NCBI GenBank assembly: GCA_963678065.2 | Contig: CAXXVZ010000003.1 | Location: forward strand, 1,056,001 to 1,120,000 | DNA: 64,000 nt | Source of the DNA: Treponemataceae bacterium | Lineage (GTDB): Bacteria; Spirochaetota; Spirochaetia; Treponematales; Rectinemataceae | Reading direction: 5' to 3' | Notes under the pieces: model-generated | What the model was told of the DNA's origin: nothing | Database searches by the model: none | Seen by the model: the letters and a program-made list of their open reading frames with translations, nothing else | Shown here: positions 56,813 to 64,000 of the stretch, in pieces | Layout of the letters: each line of letters begins with the position of its first letter | Numbering within the stretch: position 1 is the stretch's first letter | Translations under genes and position numbers: made by a program

Positions 56813-58141
56813 GTGTTCGAAAATCTCCTGGCCCAGGACGAAGTCCGCGAGAGGCTGAAATCCGACATCACTCTGGACCGACTCCCCCCCACACTCCTCT
56901 TCACCGGGCCCGCGGGCTCCGGAAAGACGACAGCCGCTCTCGAGCTCGCGCGGGCAGTCTCTTGCACGAAGGGGGCTGCCTGGAACTGCGCCTGCCCCTC
57001 CTGCGCCCGCCATCGGGTCCTCGCCCACCCCGACACCCTCCTTCTGGGAGGGCGGAGTTTTCCCGAGGAGATCGCCGCGGCGGCCCAGATGCTCGACAGG
57101 TCGTGGGGAAAACCCTCACTGTACTTTTTCGTCCGGGCGGTCCGCAAACTTCTCCGGCGCTTCGATCCCATCCTGTTCGCCGGAGAGGAGGCGCGACTCG
57201 CCAAGGCTTCCCCCCTCGTCCGGGAGATCGAGGAAGATCTCGGCCTCTTCACGCTTGAATCGGCGCCGGAGAAGCCCGGGCCTGCCATCTCGAAGGCCGT
57301 GGCCGGAATAGCGGCCGCCTGCGCGAAACTCGAGGCCTTCGCCCCCGACATGCCCCCCGTCTTCATGGTGCGCAACGTGGAATCCTGGTCCCGACTCGCC
57401 CCCTTCGGACGGAGAAAGACGGTGATCATCGAGAACGCGGACCGAATGCAGGATTCGCCGCGCAACGCCCTCCTGAAGATTCTGGAAGAGCCTCCGGAAA
57501 CGGTCCGCTTCGTGCTTTGTACCTCGAGAAGAGGCTCGGTGCTCGCGACCATCCTCTCCCGCTCCCGCACCTACCCATTCAAGGCGAGGAACGCCGCGGA
57601 GACGAAGCTCGTCATCGGAAGGATCTTTCGCTCGGACGAGGAGAGCGCCTCGGTGGAGGATTTCCTCGCGGCGAGACGGAGCTTCACGCCCGCCGCAGCG
57701 GAGGGTCTCGCCCGCAGCTTCCTCGGCGCGGTGCTCTGTACCCTCTCGGCCACCCACAGACTCGACCCGCCCATGGCACGGCTCGCGTCCACCTTCGCCT
57801 CGCAGGGCGAAAGCCGGAACGAAGGAAACTCAGGCGAGGGTTCAGGGCAGAGTCGCGGGGCGGGACAGGGATCGGCAGTCCTCGCGTCCATTCTCGAGTC
57901 GACGGCCGAATTCGGGACGAAGAACGAAAGCTACGCCTCATCCTTCGAGAGCTTCCTCGGCGCCCTCCAGCGCCTCCTGTCGGGACTGCTCGCCGAGCCG
58001 GAAACGGGTCCCGATTCCGTCCGCCTCGCCTCGGCCTGGGCCGAGCTCCTTCGCGACGCGCGCGTCCAGAAACAGACGTACAACCGCTCGCCCTCGCTTC
58101 TCGCCCAGGCGCTGATGTACTCCATGGAGGCCGTCCGGTGA
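56813..58141 (+). CDS. holB: DNA polymerase III delta-prime-like clamp loader subunit
   Basis: LLFTGP.GSGK, C.C.SC, HPD, NALLKILEEPP, TILSR. Confidence 0.8.
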   Translation: MFENLLAQDEVRERLKSDITLDRLPPTLLFTGPAGSGKTTAALELARAVSCTKGAAWNCACPSCARHRVLAHPDTLLLGGRSFPEEIAAAAQMLDRSWGKPSLYFFVRAVRKLLRRFDPILFAGEEARLAKASPLVREIEEDLGLFTLESAPEKPGPAISKAVAGIAAACAKLEAFAPDMPPVFMVRNVESWSRLAPFGRRKTVIIENADRMQDSPRNALLKILEEPPETVRFVLCTSRRGSVLATILSRSRTYPFKARNAAETKLVIGRIFRSDEESASVEDFLAARRSFTPAAAEGLARSFLGAVLCTLSATHRLDPPMARLASTFASQGESRNEGNSGEGSGQSRGAGQGSAVLASILESTAEFGTKNESYASSFESFLGALQRLLSGLLAEPETGPDSVRLASAWAELLRDARVQKQTYNRSPSLLAQALMYSMEAVR

Positions 58142-59328
58142 GGCGTTTCGTCGAAAGGGCCCTGGCCAAATCCTCCAAGATGACGCCGGAGCAGCTCAGG
58201 GGCCTCCTCATCGCCCTCGCGGAGGAGAACGCACAGCTCGACGCGGCCCTCGACTCCATGCTGGACGGCATCATCGTCTGCGACCTCGCCCACCACCCCA
58301 TCATCTTCAACAAGTCGGCGGAGCGCATCCTGCGGTTTTCCGTCGTCGATCCGACGGACAGACCTCTCTGGCTCGGCATTCCCGACAGCGAACTGGCCAC
58401 CTTCTTCCGGGACAGCCTGACCTCCGAGGACACCGTCCTTGGGCGGGAGTTCGGGCTCGACTCGGGATCGGGCTCGACGCGCGTCATCGCCGCGAGCATC
58501 ACGCCTCTCATCTCCTCGAAGAAGACGATCGCGGGGACCCTCATCCACCTCGACGACATCACCGAGAAGCGCAGACGGGAAGGCCAGCTCCGCAGGGCGG
58601 AGAGCCTCGCCTCCCTCACGACCCTCGCGGCCGGCGTGGCCCACGAGATCAAGAACCCCTTAGGATCGATCAGCATCCACATCCAGCTCATCAAGCGGGC
58701 CCTCAAAGCCCGTAGTCGCCCTGACATAGCCTCGGTCAACCGCCATCTCGGCGTGGTGGACGAAGAGATCGAGAGGCTCAACAAGATCGTCGTCGACTTC
58801 CTCTTCGCGGTGAGACCGATGGACATCCAGCTCATCCTCTCCGACCCGCGCGATCTCATGCGGGAAGTGGCCGAACTCATGCGCTACGAGGCCGAGAAGA
58901 ACGACGTCGAGCTCGTGGTAGAAATCCCTGACAAGATTCCTCTCATCCCTCTCGACAAGCGCTACCTCAAGCAGGCTGTCCTCAACCTCGTCAGCAACGC
59001 CCTTGCAGCCATGCCCGAGGGAGGAAAACTCGTCCTCGCGGTCTCGGGAGACGACAACGAGGTGAAGTTACGCGTGGAGGATACGGGTGTGGGCATCCCC
59101 GAGGACAAACTCTCCAAGATCTTCGAGCCCTACTACAGCACGAAGGAGAACGGCACGGGTCTCGGCCTGACGATAACCTTCAAGATCGTGAAGGAGCACT
59201 CAGGAGAGATCGCCGTCAGCTCCAAACCATCGCAGGGGACGATCTTCACCATCACCCTGCCCGTTCCGCAGAAAGACCGCAAGCTGCTCGGGCGCGCGGA
59301 GAGCGGCGCCGTGGCGGCGAGGGAATGA
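58138..59328 (+). CDS. PAS sensor histidine kinase (Hk2-like)
   Basis: PAS region, AGVAHEIKNPL, NL..NA, DTG.GI, GTGLGL; GTGA-coupled to holB. Confidence 0.9.
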   Translation: MRRFVERALAKSSKMTPEQLRGLLIALAEENAQLDAALDSMLDGIIVCDLAHHPIIFNKSAERILRFSVVDPTDRPLWLGIPDSELATFFRDSLTSEDTVLGREFGLDSGSGSTRVIAASITPLISSKKTIAGTLIHLDDITEKRRREGQLRRAESLASLTTLAAGVAHEIKNPLGSISIHIQLIKRALKARSRPDIASVNRHLGVVDEEIERLNKIVVDFLFAVRPMDIQLILSDPRDLMREVAELMRYEAEKNDVELVVEIPDKIPLIPLDKRYLKQAVLNLVSNALAAMPEGGKLVLAVSGDDNEVKLRVEDTGVGIPEDKLSKIFEPYYSTKENGTGLGLTITFKIVKEHSGEIAVSSKPSQGTIFTITLPVPQKDRKLLGRAESGAVAARE

Positions 59329-59329
59329 C

Positions 59330-60697
59330 ATGCTCTACACGATTCTGATAATCGACGACGAGAAGAACATCCGCGAAGGGCTGGCCGAATACCTCGCGGG
59401 CGACGGCTACCGGACCCAGATCGCGGGCGACGGCGAGGAAGCCATGAAGATCATCGAGTCGGGCGACATCGACCTCGTCATCACCGACTTGCGGATGCCC
59501 AGGCTCTCAGGGCGGGAAGTGCTTGCGAAGGTGGCCTCGCGCTATCCGGGACTACCCGTCATCGTGCTCACGGGCCACGGCACCATCGAGGACGCGGTCG
59601 CAGCCATGCGGGGCGGAGCCTTCGACTTTCTGACAAAACCCGTCAACATCGACCACCTCTCCCTCCTCGTCAAGCGCGCCCTCGAGAGCCGGGAACTCGC
59701 CCGGAAAAACCGGGAGCTCGAGGCCGAGGTCGAAGTCCAGCGCAGCACGAGTTCCATCATCGGATCGAGCGAGGCGATGAAAAAAATCTTCGACCTCGTG
59801 CGCAAGGTCGCGCCGACGAAGGCCTCTGTCCTCATCACCGGTGAATCGGGCGTCGGCAAGGAACTCGTCGCGGACGCCATCCACAACCTCTCCCCCAGGC
59901 GCGACAAGCCCTTCATCAAGGTCCACTGCGCGGCCCTCGCGGAAACCCTCCTCGAGAGTGAGCTTTTCGGCCACGAGAAGGGCGCCTTCACGGGAGCCCA
60001 GGCCAAGAAACGCGGACGCTTCGAGCTCGCCCACGAGGGGACCCTCTTCCTCGACGAGATCGGGGAGATCAACCAGAACGTCCAGATCAAAATCCTGCGC
60101 GTCCTCCAGGAAAAGAAGTTCGAGCGTGTCGGCGGCGAGAGCACGGTGGAGGTCGACGTCAGGGTCGTCGCGGCCACCAACCGCGACCTCAAGAAGGAAA
60201 TCGCCGAGGGACGGTTCCGCGAGGACCTGTATTACCGGCTCGACGTCGTCAACATCCACATCCCCCCCCTGCGCGAGCGGAGGGACGATATTCCCCTTCT
60301 CGCCATGGCCTTCCTGCGGGAATTCGCCCAGGAAAACGGAAAGAAGCTCGATGGCTTCGAGCCCAAGGCGCGGCAGCTCCTCTACGCCTACCCCTGGCCG
60401 GGCAATGTCAGGGAATTGCGCAACTGCATCGAGAGCTCCGTCGTCATGGCGGCCGGCCCCCTCCTCATGGTGGACGACCTGCCGCCCGGCATCAGGATCT
60501 CGGGAGAAAACCACGATCTGCGCCTGCCCGTCGGCTCGTCGCTCGCGGACGCGGAGAAGCTCCTCATCCGCGAGACCCTCGCCGCCAACGGAGGAAACAA
60601 GAGCAGGACGGCCGAAATCCTCGGGATTGGCCGGAAGACGCTCTATCAGAAGATCGAAGATTACGGCATCGAGGAAAAACCGGCCGCCTCGCAGTGA
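59330..60697 (+). CDS. Sigma-54-dependent response regulator (Rrp2/NtrC-like)
   Basis: Receiver IIDDE...DLRMP; GESGVGKE, GAFTGA, WPGNVREL, Fis-type HTH. Confidence 0.93.
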   Translation: MLYTILIIDDEKNIREGLAEYLAGDGYRTQIAGDGEEAMKIIESGDIDLVITDLRMPRLSGREVLAKVASRYPGLPVIVLTGHGTIEDAVAAMRGGAFDFLTKPVNIDHLSLLVKRALESRELARKNRELEAEVEVQRSTSSIIGSSEAMKKIFDLVRKVAPTKASVLITGESGVGKELVADAIHNLSPRRDKPFIKVHCAALAETLLESELFGHEKGAFTGAQAKKRGRFELAHEGTLFLDEIGEINQNVQIKILRVLQEKKFERVGGESTVEVDVRVVAATNRDLKKEIAEGRFREDLYYRLDVVNIHIPPLRERRDDIPLLAMAFLREFAQENGKKLDGFEPKARQLLYAYPWPGNVRELRNCIESSVVMAAGPLLMVDDLPPGIRISGENHDLRLPVGSSLADAEKLLIRETLAANGGNKSRTAEILGIGRKTLYQKIEDYGIEEKPAASQ

Positions 60698-60801
60698 GTC
60701 CTGAGGGCTTTCTGCCGGGGCGCAGGGCTCCGGGAGCATCGTCGCCCGCCCCAGGGATGACCGGGCTTCGTGACATTTATGTGACCTCATGGAGGTGGAA
60801 T

Positions 60802-61383
60802 ATGGAAATACTGCCCGAATTGCAGGAACGGAGGGCGCGCCGCTCTCTGAAAGAAGAAGCTCTGCCCGCCGAAGTCCTCGAAAGGCTCGCGAAGGCGGCG
60901 GTTCTGGCTCCCTCCTGTTTCAACAACCAGCCCTGGAGGCTCGTCTTCGTCTCGCGCTCGACCTCCCCTGAAAAGCACGCCGCAGTCGGCGCGGCCCTCA
61001 CGGCGGGCAACGCCTGGGCCCTCACGGCGCCGGCCTACTGCATCCTGTGCACGAAGCCCTCACTCGACTGTCGCCTCGACGAAGGCAGGGATTACGCCGC
61101 CTTCGATCTCGGACAGGCAGCGCTGGCCCTTCAGCTCCAGGCCTGGAAGGAAGGGTTGACCGCCCACCCCATGGCCGGTTTCTCGGTAAAAAAAGTCAAA
61201 TCGGCCCTCGGCGTTCCCGAGGACATGCTCGCCTTGTGCATGGTGGCCATCGGGTATCGCGGCCAGCCGGAAGACCTTCCCGAAGCCATGCGCGAGAGGG
61301 AAAGGGAGGGCAGATCGCGCAAACCCCTCGGAGAGACTGTCTTTCTGGACGCCTTCGGCTCCCCCTTCCCTACCAGAGAATGA
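60802..61383 (+). CDS. Nitroreductase family protein
   Basis: RR.RR, APS..N.QPW, FDLG.A, GL.AHPMAGF, IGY, RK.L. Confidence 0.88.
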   Translation: MEILPELQERRARRSLKEEALPAEVLERLAKAAVLAPSCFNNQPWRLVFVSRSTSPEKHAAVGAALTAGNAWALTAPAYCILCTKPSLDCRLDEGRDYAAFDLGQAALALQLQAWKEGLTAHPMAGFSVKKVKSALGVPEDMLALCMVAIGYRGQPEDLPEAMREREREGRSRKPLGETVFLDAFGSPFPTRE

Positions 61384-64000
61384 GCTTGCCGCGGTCGCGG
61401 TCGAAGCCCGCCTCCTCCATGGCCGGAGCGAAGGGCGACAAGGCCGCTGGCCCCCCGTTGATCTTCTCGAGCGTGATCCTTCCCCCCGCGGTCCGCCCCG
61501 CCCCGCCTGAGGCCCTGAGCCTCTCCCGGAACGAAACAATTCCGGCGAGGATGACGGAGAGGGACTGATCACGTGAGTCGGGTATGATGTCCAATTCCTT
61601 TCCCGAACGGGACAGGACGGCGACAATCTTTCCCGACATCGCGCAGATGCGGTTGGCGGCCGATCTCGCCGGCATGAGAGCCGGTCTGTCATCAAAGGGG
61701 AATCCCGCCGGGCTCGCCGGGTCCAGGGCGGAAATCCAGAAGGGTCCGGCCGGGCTGGCCGTCTCCAGGTTCATGAACAGCTCGAGGGCGGCGGGCGTCA
61801 TGAACTGCGGCCCCTCCACTCCCTCGAAGAAGCGGCCATAGAGGAGTTCCCCTGCGAGTTCCATTCTCCGGATGGCAGGGAAGAGCCTCTTCCAGGTGAC
61901 GCCGGGCATCTCTCGCTCGAGAAGGGAGCGGCTGAGGATGCCGTAGCGCGAGGCGAGGATGCGCACGAGGTCGCGGTCTGCCTCCTCGAGATCGAGAATA
62001 TCCTGGGCCCGCGGGCCTCCATCCTCCCCGTCGAGGAGGCTGAACCAGCGGCCGGAGAGGGGCAATCCAGGTATCCGTCCGCGCCTCATGGACGCGGTCG
62101 CGCGCATGGCCGCGGGTATGCGCCGGGACGCGGCACCCCGGAGGGCGGGGATTCCGGCGAGGGATCCGTTCGAGGCGGAGTCTTTTGCGGCTATTCCGCC
62201 TCCTCCCGTTTCGGGCAGATCGAGCCCGAACCTCGTCCTCAGTCCCTCTCGCAGAGCCTCGAATCCCTCGGAGGAGAGTCTGCCCTCCCACACATCGTTC
62301 CAGATGGCGCGAACCGTCGCGCGGATATCCAGGCCCGAGCGGTCGTGGATGGTCCAGAAGTCGAGGATTTCGCCCTTCGCGCCGAAGGCGGAGAGAGCGG
62401 AACCGCCACCACCGGCGGTCACAGCCTCAAAGCCAAGCTGGTCCAGGCCAGCGATGCCGTCGATCTCCCCCTCGAAGTCGGAAAAGAGTCCGTAGTCCCA
62501 GACCGGACAAAACGCGATGATGCCCTTCCCCGCCCCGAACCAGAGCCGTGTACCCTCCGAAAGGAGGGCATCGAGCCGCGAAGGGGGAAAGTCGCCGGCC
62601 CGCGCGGGAAGGATTTCCGTCTCCCAGAGCCAGGCCGGGGCGGGATACCCGGAGAGCCTGTCGAGAATCGAGGCGAAGTCCGGGGCCCTCCCCCGATCGG
62701 GCCCTGCCCCGATTCCCTGAACCGCCGAAACGAGGCGAAAAAAATCTTCGGGCGGGCGGGCGTTCACGACGGGACGGGACTTCTTTCTTCCGAGGCGGAG
62801 AAGGATTTCAAGGTTGTCGACTTCGATGAGAAGGGACTCCGCCTCCCCTTTGAGAATCCTGTCGTAGACGGCGATGCCTTCCTCGACGAGGGAAGCCGTG
62901 AGCGCCATCACATCCGGAAGCGAAAGACCGAAGACCTCTCCGATCCGGGCAGGGCTCACCGCCCCTTCCCTCCGGAGCCATTCGGCCACGAAGTCGGCGG
63001 GGGCGGCGCTCAGGGCTTCGAGCCGGGAGACATGCACCCGAACAGGGACACAGGCTCCCGGAAGCCTCAGGTTCGCGAGCCTTCCGCCCAGTTCCGGGTC
63101 CTTCGCCAACTCCTTTGCAATCTCCTGCGGGAGGGCGGAGGCCAGGGCATCCATCTCGTCCTCGGGCACGAGAACCCTCTCCTCTATCCATGCGGCCAGG
63201 TCGGGGATGGAATCGGGAGCCCATCCGGGAAGCAGCCGTTTGCGTCTCGCGACGAAATCCGCGACGAGGGCCGGATCGACCTGGGGTCTGAGCCGCGAGG
63301 ACTCGAGAGCTTCGGCGATCACGCGGTCGGAGAGCGAGGAAGCGATTCCGCCAAGATCGTCGCCCTTGTAGAGCAGGTTTCCCGTCGTCCTGTAGATCGC
63401 GGAACCGGCGAAGGGGGATGGGGCGAAGCCTCTGAATGTGCCGACGAGTATCCGCCCCCGCGCTATCCCCTCGAGCCAGGCCGAGAACCCTTCCATGTCG
63501 AAGAACTCCGCGAAACAGCTGCGCCAGGTCTCCGCGGTGACCGGAAAATCGGAGAAGCCCCTGACCGCTTCGTAGAGCCTGCGGGCGCGCAGCCGCGTGA
63601 CCCACAGGGGTGTGCGCTTGCCCGGCATTCCCTTGGGCAGAAGGAGCGACCTGCCCGCGTTTTCCCTGAACTGGGCCGCGAAGAGCCCGGAGCCTTCGAG
63701 CCGGGAGCGCAAGAGCCGGTCGATCTCCGTCAGGTCGCCCGGGACCTGGCTCGCCCTGGCCGACGCGGCCAGGCCGCGCAGGATGGCTTCGAGAGCCCGG
63801 GCGCAGGCTTCGGCCCCGTCATCCCCGAAGCCCGCGGGCAGATCGCCGTAGGCCGCGGAGGGGAAGAACAGCGCCACACCCTCGTCGTCAGCCACTGTTT
63901 CCGGAGTCAACCCGCCCGAATCCTCCCAGGCCGCGGAGAGGACCATGGCCAGGGCCTGGTTTATCCTTCCGCCTCTGAGAGTGTGGAGCACGAGGGTGGC
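61370..64000 (-). CDS. lhr: Lhr-family ATP-dependent helicase, C-terminal part (5' end outside window)
   Basis: F..QFRENAGR.LLLP....GKR.PLW..R, WE..ILPAR, RYGI, ME..GE...G.F.EG..G.QF, .A.DPA. Confidence 0.85.
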   Translation of the reverse strand, partial: ATLVLHTLRGGRINQALAMVLSAAWEDSGGLTPETVADDEGVALFFPSAAYGDLPAGFGDDGAEACARALEAILRGLAASARASQVPGDLTEIDRLLRSRLEGSGLFAAQFRENAGRSLLLPKGMPGKRTPLWVTRLRARRLYEAVRGFSDFPVTAETWRSCFAEFFDMEGFSAWLEGIARGRILVGTFRGFAPSPFAGSAIYRTTGNLLYKGDDLGGIASSLSDRVIAEALESSRLRPQVDPALVADFVARRKRLLPGWAPDSIPDLAAWIEERVLVPEDEMDALASALPQEIAKELAKDPELGGRLANLRLPGACVPVRVHVSRLEALSAAPADFVAEWLRREGAVSPARIGEVFGLSLPDVMALTASLVEEGIAVYDRILKGEAESLLIEVDNLEILLRLGRKKSRPVVNARPPEDFFRLVSAVQGIGAGPDRGRAPDFASILDRLSGYPAPAWLWETEILPARAGDFPPSRLDALLSEGTRLWFGAGKGIIAFCPVWDYGLFSDFEGEIDGIAGLDQLGFEAVTAGGGGSALSAFGAKGEILDFWTIHDRSGLDIRATVRAIWNDVWEGRLSSEGFEALREGLRTRFGLDLPETGGGGIAAKDSASNGSLAGIPALRGAASRRIPAAMRATASMRRGRIPGLPLSGRWFSLLDGEDGGPRAQDILDLEEADRDLVRILASRYGILSRSLLEREMPGVTWKRLFPAIRRMELAGELLYGRFFEGVEGPQFMTPAALELFMNLETASPAGPFWISALDPASPAGFPFDDRPALMPARSAANRICAMSGKIVAVLSRSGKELDIIPDSRDQSLSVILAGIVSFRERLRASGGAGRTAGGRITLEKINGGPAALSPFAPAMEEAGFDRDRGKLILW

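Noticed and set aside
9529..64000. Four SF2 helicases (DeaD, RecQ, RhlB-like, Lhr) as a possible defence island
   Set aside because: Dispersed among housekeeping genes, with no nucleases, DNA methylases or mobile elements alongside

Overview
GC-rich chromosomal window from an anaerobic spirochaete (inferred from the murG-cvpA-holB-hk2-rrp2 gene order known from Borrelia/Treponema). Most of it is housekeeping: potABCD, ftcD, deaD, ltaE, rex, a pyrF-pyrE fusion, mutL, rpsT, HU, rho, rpmE, rdgB, nrnA, argF, nth, recQ, an rhlB-like helicase, pgi, murG and Lhr. The most notable locus is a pterin-enzyme island at about 12.9-22.1 kb. There, a Cys-type formate dehydrogenase and mobA precede a Moco riboswitch that leads a ydhY-ydhV-ydhW-fdhD-tatA-tatC operon. 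Its YdhY ferredoxin has a canonical twin-arginine signal and ends in DVVSGAT, the ApbE flavinylation motif. This suggests a self-exporting periplasmic Mo-oxidoreductase wired through covalent FMN rather than the YdhXU membrane module. Other highlights: (i) two related intergenic sRNA-like elements whose terminator loops show the anti-Shine-Dalgarno sequence CCUCCUU; (ii) a monocistronic 56-aa basic zinc-ribbon gene missed by the ORF track; (iii) a sigma-54 aor-moaD unit whose activator boxes lie inside the activator gene's 3' end; (iv) a tandem pair of paralogous beta-barrel-like proteins. No CRISPR array, rRNA, tRNA or transposase was seen. All calls are by eye and from remembered family motifs; no searches were run.
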